This document shows, piece by piece, positions 41,360 through 54,945 of a stretch of DNA of 64,000 nucleotides (within the stretch, counting starts at the first letter, position 1; every line of letters starts with the position of its first letter). A program made the position numbers and the translations under genes. Location: NCBI RefSeq assembly GCF_964355755.1, contig NC_092673.1, positions 30,749,648-30,813,647 of the forward strand, read 5' to 3'. The notes below the pieces were generated by a model. The model saw only the letters and a list, made by a program, of their open reading frames with translations, was not told where the DNA came from and searched no databases. The DNA comes from Antedon mediterranea (taxonomy: Eukaryota; Animalia; Echinodermata).

Positions 41360-42830
41360 TCATTTGCCATTCTAACCCAGATACAAAATTTCTAGACAGA
41401 ACATCTGCCTCTACATTTTTTATGCCCGGAGTATGAGCAGCGGTAAGCCAAATATTTCGCTCTATTGCCCAGTACCAAATCTTGTAGGCAACCGAATTAC
41501 ATGACCACGATTTCGTACCTCCTATACAATTTATATATGAGACAGCGGTCGCGTTGTCCGACATAATACGAATATTTACTTTGTGCAAATGGCCACAAAG
41601 TGCCTGTAAGCCAAATAGCGCTGCAAGCATTTCTAGAATGTTTATGTTGTAAACAGCTTCCTCTAGGGACCACAGCCTCTGCGTTCTGCTCTCGTCAACT
41701 ATGGCCCCCCAGCCCTTGCGGGAAGCATCTACGAAGATCGTATAGTTAATAGGGCCATGATTAATCAGTTTTGAGGCTGTTGGGAGAAATGTTATCCACC
41801 ATTCAAGTTCAATTATACTCTCCTCCGAGAGGATCATCATCACCTCAAAATTACCTGCTGAATGCCGCAATGCCAAATCTTTGTCTCGGACAAGATGTCT
41901 GTAGTGTAACGGTCCATATTCCACGCCTGGGAATGTCGCGACAAGCTTACCTATGAGTGAAGCAAATGCCCGGATGCTACCAGATTTCTTAAATACAAAC
42001 TCTCTGCAAAGGCCAACAATGCTTGATATCTTTGCTTTGGTAACCGAAACAGACATAGACACCGAGTTTAATTGAAATCCCAGGTATTCTAACTGCTGAG
42101 TGGGTCTAAGTACAGATTTTTCCCGATGCACTGAAAACCCTAATTTTGTTAGCAGCATTGTAGCTTGCAACGTAGCCTCTTGACACCCCACCAATGTGTC
42201 GTCAGTGTAAAACGAGTCATCAATGTAACCGAGGCATGAGATACCAAAGCTACTCCTTAAAGTAGAAAAAAAAACTGGCTTCAGCAGCTTTGTAAAACGC
42301 GAGGGCTACAAGATAAGCCCATAGGTAGCGCATTAAATTGGTAAAATACACCTTTCCAACAAAATTTAAGAAACCGTCTATACTTTGCTGCAATAGGCAC
42401 CAAATAATAAGCGTCCCGGAGGTCGATGGATGACATAAAACACCCCGGCTTCATAAGCTTTATTGCCGAATCTATCGTGTCCATTTTAAAATGCCTATAA
42501 GTGACATACTCATTAAGTTCCTTAAGGTTGAAAATAACTCTATATTTACCCGGTTCTTTTTTGGGACGGATAAATATAGGCGAAACAAAATCTCCCTTAC
42601 ATAGTTTGGAAATGTCAATAACCCTTTTGGCCAAAAAAAGATGCAAGTTCTGAGTCAATAGCTCGTTGCTCAGCAACAGAAAATTGCGACTCTAATTGTC
42701 GATTATAGCCAGCCTGCACAGGCATAGCTTCAAATTCAATTTCACAATCGGTAACACATGACAGAACAAAGGGATCCGTAGTGATCTCTTTCCAACGGTC
42801 CACGCAGAACCTTAATTGACCTGCAATAAA
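41160..42830 (-). pseudogene. DIRS reverse transcriptase / RNase H / methyltransferase-like ORF, frameshifted
   Basis: IDLRDAY, LPMGLSCSPR, YIDD (~42217-42228), FVDASRKGWG, INILEM, SDNATAV, NVEADVLSR, IDLFAS; frameshifts near 42635, 42270 and 41180. Confidence 0.9.
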
Positions 42831-42880
42831 ACTACCATGATTATTAAGAATTCTATCAATCTGATTAACAAAACTGACCT

Positions 42881-43882
42881 CTACTCTCGATTTCCCTTTG
42901 GTTGAGCAGCCAGCCGGGCTCCCTGTCTGCGTTGGTAGGAGCCCTTTCCTCCTAAAAAAGACTGGTTTGACTGGTACCTCTGGAACCCTGAGCGACTTCC
43001 ACCTCGGCCGCGGAACCCAACTCGTCTGGCTCCTGCATATGGGTGGTATCCACGACCCCGACCTCTTCTAGCACCTGATAATTTCTCGCCAAGTTTGTTT
43101 GATTTGAAGAGATCATCTATCTGTTTGGTAACATCATCTCCAAAGAGCTCTGTGGTTATGGGAGTCGTAACCCCACAGAGTGCAACAAATCCTGCGTTAA
43201 GGTCTGGTTTTAACATCTCCCTTCGCTTCAGGTTAAACTCCCGGTTTGCAGTCAGCGCTATAACCAGTGCATGCGTCAATGTAGTTTTCAAATCACCTGA
43301 GGCCTTGTGACATGCTTGGAGCAGAGCATACATAGAGTTTACGAACAGTGCCTGCACTTTCTGCAACCCAACATCATTGGTCCTGGTAGAAGGTTTCAAC
43401 TGGCCCCACACAAGTAAGTTCACCTTGGGTGTGATTAGCATTTCACAGTTGAGTGGTCGAAGATATTTTCCAGTAAGCTCCGTCATCTTTGCAGGGGGTA
43501 TCCTTCCACTAATCAGGTCACTTACAATTGTAGCCAATTTATCATCCACAGCTGGCCCTGTAAGTGTGGCTGTACTAAATTCAGCTGCTAAGTCAGCAAA
43601 ATCACTGGTTTGAATAGCTGTAGCTACCTCCTCTGGCCCACTTGTGTACTCATCAATGCGTTGTGCTGTTTGTGCTGCGGGGAGCTCATCATCAGACCAC
43701 ACAGGCATATAGGACTGGCCCTCATCAGGCTCCTCTGTGAAGCCAACCATATCTTTGACTTGTTGAACCAAATCTTGCTTCATGCTGGCCACCATTGACG
43801 ACATCGAGTTAATCAACTCCTCCTTTAATTTATCACTAACACTAGAAGCTGCACCACCTGGCGAGCCATCATGTTCTGCCAT
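42881..43882 (-). CDS. DIRS ORF1 (gag-like), 333 aa
   Basis: Position within the element; RPLNCEMLITPKVN...D.GLQKVQ, ELFGDD motifs and an RG-rich C-terminus. Confidence 0.85.
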   Translation of the reverse strand: MAEHDGSPGGAASSVSDKLKEELINSMSSMVASMKQDLVQQVKDMVGFTEEPDEGQSYMPVWSDDELPAAQTAQRIDEYTSGPEEVATAIQTSDFADLAAEFSTATLTGPAVDDKLATIVSDLISGRIPPAKMTELTGKYLRPLNCEMLITPKVNLLVWGQLKPSTRTNDVGLQKVQALFVNSMYALLQACHKASGDLKTTLTHALVIALTANREFNLKRREMLKPDLNAGFVALCGVTTPITTELFGDDVTKQIDDLFKSNKLGEKLSGARRGRGRGYHPYAGARRVGFRGRGGSRSGFQRYQSNQSFLGGKGSYQRRQGARLAAQPKGNRE

Positions 43883-45162
43883 ATTAGAAGTCTATGGAGA
43901 CAGAAACAGTACTATATAGCTATAGTCACTGTACAGCCACCCAAGAAATCTCATCGCTTGACTAATATTATAACACCTGTATGCAACAGACATACCATTA
44001 AGGTCATGACCTGCTTAGTATACTCGCATACATGCACATTTGCCAGTCAAGGCCTAGCTAGCAATACCTACTATTAATTAGTAATAGCATAGAGAAATTA
44101 TAATATCTCTATGGTAATAGGCCTGCTCTAGGCCTAGTAGTATAGTAGACGGCTCAACAACCGCCTGATATAGCAATGAATTTATAAATTATAAATTATA
44201 GCCTTTTTAACGCATTGGCTAATTGAGTGAACGGAGACTATCAGCTTACTCTCCATTGTGCAGGTGTAAAACAAAACACTGCATTAGGGAAACGAGTAAC
44301 TTACTTTCCCTTTAACAAAAATATGCGGCATGCCACAGCCTGCATAACATTCCATAGATTAAAGATGGCGGCCACGCATATAGCCTCACTTGCACGCCAT
44401 CATTCCCAATTTATAATAGCCTACTCCGAATTCATCATAAGATAAGGAGATAGAAATAAAGCCATATAGGCTAAATTAAGGGCGTCCGTACGGTCATACA
44501 GTCCGCCCAGTCCTCTAGCAACTACCTAAAGCAAAATTTTAACGTTACCTTTTATGAAGCCCACAACTGCGATGATCCTCACGCCGTATGTATCTAAAGA
44601 AACAATATCCAACTAGCGCACACGTCTGACCTGTCGCGGTTCTGGAAGTACAAATGATCTTAGCGGACACTGGTCGTGCCTCTCATGGGAACCCGGAAGT
44701 TGCGTCACTGTTGATATGGTAGAATATACGTTTATACAAAATGTATTGATTTGCGATGAATGGAACATTCCAATCTCTGTTCCACAAAAATGTCTATTCC
44801 CTCAGGCTTCGTAAAGGCAAATACACTCATAACAGAAATTCGATCCTTTTTTGTTTTCAATCTGTGCTGCAGAGGTTGGATATAGTTTTTTTTTAACGGA
44901 TAATGAGATAGCGTTTTCAGCCGCCGTCTATTATGTACAAAACTTTATTATTGCAGTTAAACCACCCAAACATGACATGAGTAGCGTTGTAAAGCCAGTA
45001 GAGGATAGACCCATAGTACGAAGGATCACATGCCCTAAACGCAGAACAACTTTGATGGGTAGGAAACAACTTAAGTATGAATTGGCTCTAAGAAACAATT
45101 GAAACCATTAGGCCCACTAATTAAGTTGAGTTAGATAATTTTTACTATTGATTGACGATTAA

Positions 45163-45756
45163 AGGCCAGGTGCGGGCAAAAAATTTCTATTGATCATACA
45201 TTCCAATAATTATCGATCTATAGTTTCCCCATGTTTCATAATTTTTGGGATTTTATTTGTGTTACACAAGCTTGTTGAAAATAAGCACTTTCTTATCAGT
45301 GGGGGGATAGTTCAAATTACACAGTAAAATCTCTATTCTTTTGTACACAAATTTTGTAAATAGAGAGGCATTTTAAAAAGCTATGAAAAATAAACGGCGT
45401 GGTAAAAAAGGTTATCAGATGACTAAATATAGGTAATATAACTTGAATATTACATTTCTGATATTTTTATTCAACTTCAGCTTTTTATTTTCATGCTATA
45501 GCAAAAATTATCCACTGTATATCCACCATCTTTTTTTACCGTCTAGGGAGTCACCAGACATGTGATTACATTAGGTTAACTACCCAACTACTGAAAAAAA
45601 AGTCTTTCTGTTTTTTATGGAAGAATTTTGCCAAATTTTGTATTTGACCATATTAAGGGAAATTCATGTTTTTTCGTCTCGATTTCTGTTACAAATATTT
45701 GATTTATGTACAATTAACCAGATATTATATTTAAAATTCATGCCTGTACCTGAGCT
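45163..45756. mobile_element. TTAA-flanked MITE
   Basis: ttaa-aggccaggtgcgggca...tgcctgtacctgagct-ttaa; the flanks rejoin to match the empty sites at ~28600 and ~39350. Confidence 0.65.
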
Positions 45757-46471
45757 TTAAAGCGAATTTATGATTTGCCCCGAATGGAGGTGGTTTTACA
45801 TTATATAAACATATACAAATGAACTTTATTACTGACAGTTGCCTCTTAACGTTTGTATTAATTAATACAGTAATTACAAAAAATTATACGTCGTAGTGAT
45901 GTATCGTTAAATGTACTGTACTATTTCAATCGACTATGACGGTGACAGTTTCAACAAAGTATTACATCGCAATGTTTTAATGTGTTTAGTGGTATATTAT
46001 TTGTAAAACATGAAAACAATTACTATACTAAATGGATAAAGAATAATTGAAAAAAAAAGAGTAAAATTTTTCCTCTTTGCACCCATCCTCTTCACCATCC
46101 CTCAACACTAATGTTACATACAAAACACAAATTAAGTTTGTTTAAATTTGACTCAAACAATTGGTATCATTTTGTGACAAGTTTCTCTTTCGGAAGTAAT
46201 TCCCAGGATGCTAATTTTAGTTGAGTACATAAATCACCGTGTCTATTTATTCGTTTCTGTAAACGACATGTATTATTGTCCTGTGGTACGTACATTTGAA
46301 ATTGCTAGTTTTTTAACGCTGACATTATTATGTATTCGAGAACCATCTGTGGGCACGACCTAGATGATACGCGAGCGAAGCGAGCGTACCATCTAGTTAA
46401 TTTAATTAACGTTTTTGTCTGTTTCGATATGAACATATCGTTCTGGCAACTTGTTGATTATTTACATAATC

Positions 46472-47413
46472 ACTATAAATATGTTGATGATCTTACACTT
46501 TTGTAGAATCCCGTAAGATTTGTCAATCTTCGTTACTTCCTGGTTGTGCATCTAGTCTTCTTGCTTGGGCCGAAAAAAGCAACATGAGACTTAACCTAAA
46601 ATATGTCACATTATGGACGTTTGTTTTTCTAACAGACCCCCTCCTCCTCCTAATATCATCCTGAATGATCAGGTTATTTTCAAACGTGATTGTGTTAAAT
46701 GCTTGGCGTTTTTATTCAGTCCAACTTAAAGTGGGACAGACATGTTTATTACATAGTTAGAAGAGGTAATAGCAAACTTTTCTCTTTGAGAACGCTTAAA
46801 CGTCGTGGTGTTCCTTCTGATGATCTTGTGTCAGTGTATTTAGGTGCGGTACGACCAGTTTTAGAATATGCGGTACCCGTTTGGAATGGTGGTCTTACAA
46901 TTGATCACATTAATGCAATCGAACGGGTCCAGAAACGTGCATGTAGAATTGTTTTGGGTAGGAATTATACTGGTTATGACGATGCTTTGGTCATATTGCG
47001 CCTGGATGGTCTGAGTCACAGGCGTCGGGACCTATGTATTGCCTTTGCTAAATCCAGCTTGAATCCTCATTCTAAATTGTTCTCACTTCTTCCTTCTAGG
47101 GGTAATGTTGTGCACAAATACAACACCCGCAATGCCGACAGGATTCGCAATGTCAATTGTAATACAGTGCGTCATAGTAACAGTCCTCTGACTTATTTGA
47201 TTAACTTAATCAACGAATTTAATTTGTGAGTTAAGCCCTTCGATCCTTTTTTTTTTTAAATTGTTATCACTTGTTTTAATGTTATCATGAAATGCAATTC
47301 AGCATGGGACGCATGCGTCCCTAAATGCTGCTATATTTTATGAATTTTTTTGTAAATTTGTTGTTGTTTTCATTTTTGAATAAAGATATACCAGTCAATA
47401 AAAATAATAATAA
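46472..47413 (+). mobile_element. 5'-truncated CR1/L2-group LINE (RT C-terminus, 46699-47229)
   Basis: LGVFIQSNLKWDRHV, VRPVLEYAVPVW, IERVQKRACR; (aat)n tail; interrupts sequence that is contiguous at ~1050. Confidence 0.85.
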
Positions 47414-47638
47414 TAATCGATGGACTATAGTTTGCTATAATCAACGTTCAACCTATGAAATCAGTGATGTTAATAGTGTCCGCGATAACAAACCTTCAAG
47501 TGGTTTACTTTTGTGATATAAAGTGTTTTTTTTACCATGACCATACATAAATGGAATAGCCTATATTAAGCTTTTACAATCAATATAAATTATATTGTTG
47601 CATACGCTCACGTACGTTTTTTTTTGTGGAGAGGATAC

Positions 47639-48083
47639 GTCGCCATTTTAGGGTGTATAGCCTATAGTGCAAATCATCATTATTGACAGTATATTGCCAT
47701 GGAGCTATACATTAGTTCCAAGTATTTCAAAGTTAAACAAATTTATTATTTCATCAATTCATGGAGGTATGCCCACTGTTGATAAACCATGCTTGTATTT
47801 ACCTACCTATCTCTAGTGACACTCAATAATAGAGTATGGTCTTTTATGATTATACTTTGTCAAATTTGTATAAGCTACAAAACAAACGACAACAAATTGG
47901 GTTCGGGCCAAGAATTGCTTTTCTCTTTTTTGATCATCCAGCTTCCATACGTTTACAAAATATAGGCCTATAAAATAAACTATTAATATGAAATAAACTG
48001 ATACAATAATAAGCACAACGAAAACCAATGTTCTGTAAATTTATTCTTCAGCCTAGATTCTAAACTTAACGAATTCCAAATAC
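47639..48083 (+). pseudogene. Tandem-DED gene copy 5 remnant: promoter motif, intron 1 and the first ~30 nt of exon A
   Basis: Collinear with 1300-1945; ttcttcag|cctagattctaaacttaacgaattccaaa, after which homology ends. Confidence 0.7.
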
Positions 48084-48980
48084 TAGGAAAGACATCCGCC
48101 CTAAAGTGAGTAGGACTACTTAATCTCTACCTCACTCCAGGACGGTTTCACCTTGTTTAGGCATAACACATAATTGTAACACAACTGCTATGGTAGTATG
48201 CTACATATGAAATAATATTAAACATAAAGTCATCTATAATAAGACCATACATCATAAAACTAGACAAACAAACACTATACTAAAACCAAAATATGATAAA
48301 TAAATGCATTAGGGTAAAACATAGATTGAAACACATGGTCAAACATAAAATAAGTAACACACAAATGTAAATGGCCAACATAGAAGAACAGAATTTTAAG
48401 ATTTAGTAATAGTGGAATGAAACAAATGTAATACAAGGCCAAAACATAAAATGTAGCATATAATATAGAAACTATGTTAAATTGATTGGTGAAGGTAAAT
48501 AGGTTTATTAATGTGTGTATTGGTGTATATATTTGTAATGGATGTAATATAAGTTCAAAACAAAAAAAAAGAAACATACAAATTGTGTGTACTGAATTAA
48601 AATTTAATAAAAGAAACAATTTGCTCTAAATGTAAAATAAATCAAACCAAAATGTTGGCTACTTTTGAATACATTTCTTAATATAGAGTAAATTTAAATG
48701 GTAATAGTTGTACTTTTACAATAACTTGCAATAACCATAAAATGTACGTTTTTAAAGCATACTTATACTGCATTGATTTTATGTACATGTATAGATATAG
48801 TGCATTTAAACTACTTTATTGAATGTTATTGTTTTTATATTTTTACAAAAATGTGTGTATAACATATAAATATATTTGACCTGGGTGACCCCCTCCTCCG
48901 CCCCCCTCCACGAAAGAAAAAAAAAACTGGTACGATGGTGCCGATTTGTTAATCAAGAAAAACGAACCATAAGGATACAT

Positions 48981-50656
48981 ATGGCGGGAAGTATGAATGG
49001 TATTTTTCTGGTGCTGTCGCTATATGTTATGGTGTTGAAAAGATCACACCATCATCCTGAACATGAACAAGTCATTCATAAGTTATGCCCTTCTTCAATT
49101 TATCTGGATAACCATATATCGAAAGATTTCAAGAATGTAGTCGGTGAGTGTTATACGTACCTATTTACATCAACCAAAAAATTCTCGCATTATGATTATA
49201 ATTTTCATCGGAACCCCAGACAGCTTGCATGTGAGAACTTTAATTATCTGCTTACTGTGGTGTGGTGACATCGAATCCAATCCTGGACCAGCGAATGTAC
49301 CTGTATCAAACAATTGTTGTGGTAAATGTCAACGGCGCATCACTACCAGAAGCAGAGCCATATCGTGTGATGAGTGTAATAAGTGGACTCATATGTGTAC
49401 TGATGGTTTCATGACGCCCAAAAGATACAAGTACATTGTAAACAGCAATACTGAATTTGATTATGTATGCGTGGAATGCAGCTGGAAACATCTCCCATTT
49501 GATTCCTGTGGAAATCATAACGATGACATAGGATTAGGAACGCCACCCCCATTATTTAATTATAACGTCACTCCTGAAGACTTCAGGCGGTTTAAACAGA
49601 AAGGAATACACATTCTACACTTAAATACAAGATGATCAATGATCCCCAAACTACCGGAACTGCGCGATATTGCATATAAATGTAAAGCTGGTATTATCTC
49701 CATTAGCGAAACATGGATTGATGATTCGGTATCTGACAACGAAATTAAAATTGAAGGTTATTCAGTTCTTCGAAGAGATCGCGACCGCAAAGGCGGTGGC
49801 GTATGTACGTATATAAGGGATGACATCGCGTTTAACCGGCGTTCAGATATTGAATCCGACGAAGCTGAAGTACTTTGGATTGAACTGAACCTGCCTAAAA
49901 CCAAACCCATTATAATTGGAACATGTTACAGACCACCAAAGCAAACGAACTTTCTAACTCTGTTTGAAAATATCTTATCTAAAATTGGAATGGACAGTGA
50001 ATTAATTGTTGTTGGCGATTTTAATATATGTACTTTAACAAAGTCATCTTTATTGAATAGCTATAATCAAATTCTAAATATGTTTAGTTTAAGTAACTGA
50101 ACCAACTAGTATATGCCCTACAGTTGCTTCATATCTCGATCATATGTTATGTAATAATGAGAATAAGATAAGCTAATCGGGTACAATCGCAACAGGTCTA
50201 AGCGATCACTTAATGACATTTTGTACACGGAAAACTATTAAACTTAAGTTCAATGGACATAAAAATGTATATATCAGATCACTAAAAAACTATACAGTTG
50301 AACAATTTAGAAACATACTAATAGATATCGATTGGTCAGTAGTTACCTCTATCGGAGATGTAAATGAAGCTCTGTATAAATTTAATGCATTACTTTTCGC
50401 TGCTATTGATTCCATTGCCCCCCTTAAAAACATTAGGATGAAACAAAGAACGGAACCATGGTTAACTAGAGAAATATTACAAGACATTAAAGCCAGAGAT
50501 AAATTATTAAATATGTTTAATAAAAACAAGAATAATACCGACTTATTAATACAATTTCGCAAACTAAGAAATAAACTACAGCGTGATATAAATAAAGCTA
50601 AATCAAATCATTTGTTAAACAAGGCTGAAGAAAATAAAAATAATATTTTTCATTGA
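48981..50656 (+). mobile_element. 5' half of an L2/CR1(Crack)-type LINE ORF: 2A peptide, PHD finger and APE endonuclease; degenerate and 3'-truncated
   Basis: CGDIESNPGP; CGKC...CDECNKWTH..C...CVEC; ISETW, DRDRKGGGV, CYRPP, VGDFN, SDH; stops at 49633 and 50098. Confidence 0.9.
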
Positions 50657-51409
50657 CGCTAAAGTTTTTCGTAGATCAATTTGTTTACCAAGTGGGCGGA
50701 GCTTGCGTATTGCTTGTTTTGGAAAATAGCTTTAAAGTTAACGTTTACGTGCTCCTGCGTATATAGGCCTACGTTTTAAAAGCTTTATTTTTTATTCAGA
50801 ATTTTGAGTTCGTGTTTAGACTACTGTGTCAATTTTTAGCGTAGAAAAACGGGAAATTGACCTGAAGCTTGACGTCGTGACCTAATCACAATAACGCTGA
50901 TTAACTAGATTGTGTTTTCTTATGTGTGTTCATCCCACTTTTATTTCCATCATATACATTTTCATATTAATACAGTAATCTATACATATTTTTCTAAAAT
51001 TGTATTTTCCATCTGATTACATACAGTACATGGTTTTTGTTGAATTAATTTCCCTACCTATTATCATTATTCACCGTATTTCTCATATCAACATAATTCG
51101 ACCTTTATCCAAAGTGTCTCGAAATTTACGTTCGTTTAGAACGATTTGGCAGCATCAGTTACATTATTTTAAAATATTTGTCTGATTGCTCCCCTTTCAG
51201 TCCACAGTGCTACAGTCTGTGTTTACTAGACGATTACCCCTTCATTGACAATCCAACACAATATATTGATATAGCCTACAAACTGATAACAATTATTTGA
51301 CAGTTATTGTAATTATTCATCGAGTGAGAAGTAGGAAAATTTTGTTACAGTATTCTATTTTACAATTATTTACAGGCCTATGTTAATGAGAAACTACTGC
51401 TGTTTTTAT

Positions 51410-54098
51410 TAGTCCGGTGGCAGGAGGGGGGATATCACCACCCGAAAGGGGACAAATTGCCATTTTTAAAAAGTGACTGAAACACTATTTTTCTGTAATT
51501 TTAACCTTTGACCTGTTTTTCTCATCTAAATAACGACATGGCATAGAGATTTCTAACGGCAAATTGTTTATAATAGATATTTTTATTCAATCTAATAGAT
51601 TATACTGCTTGAAAAATACAAGTGTGATTATTGCTTTGAAATCCTGTACATAAGAGCCTATCGGGGTGAATTTAATTCAAAGAGGTGTGGAAGGGGAATA
51701 CTACTACTATACAGTACAATGTCTTTCAGAAACATTTGAGAAATGTCATTCAGGTATCCATGTATCTCCAATAACGGTTCATAGAGAATTCAGAAGTTAC
51801 CCTTGGTTCATGTTGGCAAATCCATATGGGTTGAGGATTGAGGGTGCACAGACAGGCTTTTCCCATGGCTTAATATTGGAACCCACAGTTTTAGGTACCC
51901 GATATATTTCTAACACAGTAACTTATGTAGCCAAATGCATTGAAGAACTGAACATACAGTAGAGAAGGGTCTAAATAGATGACCTGCTGTTGTTTCATTT
52001 TAGGCAAAATCCAAATCGGTTCCTTAAGGATCGAGAGTGCACAGGCAGCTTTATTCCATGTGCCTGTCTATATAAACCCACATTGTCACCCCTTATATTT
52101 CCATTATGGGGCTTAATGTCCATCCATGGAGGACCGACCTTTGGGGGGTTAATTTTGGCAAATCCATAAGTGTTCCTTAAGGATCGAGAGTGCACAGGCA
52201 GCTTTATTCCATGGGCCGCGCCTGTCTATATGAACTCACAGTGTCACCCCTTATATTTCCATTATGGGGCTTAATGTCCATCCATGGAGAACGACCGGCC
52301 CATAAAATGTTCCTTATGGATGATCGAGGGTGCACAGGGATATTTATTATATCTCTATGAACCCACATTGTCACTCCACATACAGTATTTCCAATATAGG
52401 GTCTCTTGTAGACCCACATAGAGAACCCCGAAAGGTCCATGAAGGATCGGCCCTTGGGTTCATTTGGGCAAATCCATAAATGTTATTTAAAGATTGAGGG
52501 TGAACATTTTAGTTTTATTCCATAGTTCATCTATGAACTATTTACCCCATATTAATTTCTAATACAGGGCCTTATGTAGCACACCACATAGAGATCCCAA
52601 AAGGGTCCTTAGAGGGTTCATTCGGGCAAATCCATATGGGTTATTTTAGAATCTTTTGTGTACAGGAAACTCTTTCCTGTATGGGCCAAACTATCTGTGG
52701 CTATATAAAAATTGTGGTCTGTCTGTGTAGTGAGTTGTGGATTGAGTTTGGTCACCTGGATCTGCCTATGCCCTATCCTGTATGAATTGGTATTCTCTGG
52801 TTCTGATGAATAGTAGTTTATTTTCCAAAAACGAATATTGTAGCCCTAATAAATGCAACTGTATAGTGGCAAATCATTGAAGGTCAGCGTAACATTTTAA
52901 CATCATAACATTTTAACCGTCATAATATTAATAATATTAATAATTTTATTATTTATTTTACAGTATTATATTAATACATTTAAAATAATGCGCACTAGAA
53001 AAAATATAAAAATACCATAACTTCACTGATCAAATAACGTGATTACATTTATGAACATCGATCTCATAGTTTGAATAACTTTGCATTATTTAGTATATCA
53101 CTTGTTCAAATGTTGACCTTTGACCTATGTCAACTTGTGTAATGATAAATGTGCTCTTTTGATTGTGTATGATGTCTTAACAGAATGATAAAACATAACA
53201 TTTTGTCTTAAATGTTAGTTTTTATTTGGGTTTATATGCAAATTGTGTGATTGGTCAATATTGACATTTGACCTTTAATTGAAAAGTATTTGTTTTATAA
53301 GGCGACTGAATAGATACCTATATACAAATGTATTAAAAGACCAAATTGAACTTCAATAAATTGGTTATAATACATATGTATATAATACATTGTTATAATT
53401 GGTCAATTTTGAACTTTGACCCCTTATCTCTTCCTATTCGCTTCCTATCCTGATCAAAGTCTGATTTGATTAAATACAGTATTATAATTATATTAGGCCT
53501 AATCAAAATTATAAGGAAATAACATAACTTTACTAATCAAATAATATGATTACTTGTAAAACCATCAATATCATAGTTTGGACAACTTTGCATTTATTTA
53601 TTAACTTATACGTGTATTAAAATGTTGACCTTTGACCTTATGTCAACTGATAAAATTGACCTTATGTCAACTGATTAAATGATGTATTCGCTCTTTTACA
53701 TTGCGTATGATTGATTAACAGGATGAGAAAACATCCAATTTTTGTTAATATAAGTTTTTATTTGGTTTTATAGGTACGTTCTATGATTGGTCAATATTGA
53801 CATTTGACCCTTAATTACAAAGGATTTTTTTTAATAAGGTGATTGAATAGACACTGATAATCATAAAAATGTAATAAAAGACCAAATTGTGCTTCAATAA
53901 ATCAGTTATAATACATATACATAATACATTGTTGTAATTGGTCAATTTTGAACTTTGACCCCTTATATCTCGAAAACGCTTTCTATCCTGATCGATTACC
54001 TTCCATATTCGTAATCTACGGAAAATTCTGGTCTAGAAAAGTTGGATGGCAATTTGTCCCCTTTCGGGTGGTGATTCCCCCCTCCTGCCACCGGACTA
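51410..54098. mobile_element. Non-autonomous DNA transposon with TAG...CTA termini (Academ-like); internal ~175-bp tandem repeats (51800-52660) and a ~520-bp duplication
   Basis: ~50-bp TIR tagtccggtggcaggaggggg...gaaaggggacaaattgcca; 3-bp TSD tat. Confidence 0.8.
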
Positions 54099-54945
54099 TA
54101 TATGCACTCTTTTTGTACAGGAAATGAGCTTTGACTCTTGAAAATTAAAGCGAGCCAATAACTTTGGTTTCTTTCGATTCAAGCACATTTTTCTGTCTGT
54201 CAATTACATATGGTTCAATCTATAAATACACTATTTCCTTCTATGTAATCAGCTATGTTAATAGTTTCCGTGATAACTCTCAAGTGGTTTACCTTTGTGA
54301 CCCTTTTTCTAATACGGCCATATACATAAATAGAATAGCCTATTGAACTTTTACAATCTATTGTTGCATAGGCCTGCATCACTGACGTACGTTTTATTGT
54401 GAAGAGGATACGTCGCCATTTAGGGTGTTATATAAGCCTAGTGCAATCATTATTGATAGGTAATGTATTACCATGGAGCTATAAATTAGTTCCAAGCATT
54501 TCAAATGTATGCCACTGTATTTGATTAATGCCTAAATTGATAAACTATGATTGTATTTACATAAATTTCTCTAGTGACTTACCCAACAATCCATAGATCT
54601 ATTGTTATGAAATTTAAGTATAGGCTGTTATTGTTTAATCTCAATCTATTTCATGATCCTTTGATAAATTTTATAAACTATAGCCTAAACACAAAAGACG
54701 AAAATTAGGCTTTAGTCAACGATTGCTTTGCTCTGTTTTGGTCATACTTCCACACGCTCCCAAAATATATAAAATAAACTATTAGGCCTACTCGAAATTA
54801 ACCCAGGACTGAATTAACCTGATACAATAATAATCATTATGTGAAACCAATGTTCTGTAATTTTATTCTTTAGCATATCGTAGAAAACATAATACGACGA
54901 GATGGACGAGATGGCAGATTCTAAATTTCCAAATTCCGAAACTTA

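Larger units (their letters stand above)
39599..44725 (-). mobile_element. Full-length DIRS1-like tyrosine-recombinase retrotransposon
   Basis: Non-identical inverted terminal repeats (44656-44725 vs 39646-39713), 3' extension 39602-39645, internal complementary region (ICR) 39789-39915 joining both termini; gag, RT/RNase H/MT and YR ORFs. Confidence 0.95.

Noticed and set aside
40089-43798. Plus-strand ORFs over the DIRS element, and other short ORFs antisense to DED exons
   Set aside because: Shadow ORFs of real coding sequence with no recognisable motifs.
46360-46397. Helitron-like 3' end (gcgagcgaagcgagcg...ctagt)
   Set aside because: Only a short motif; no 5' end or boundaries could be defined.
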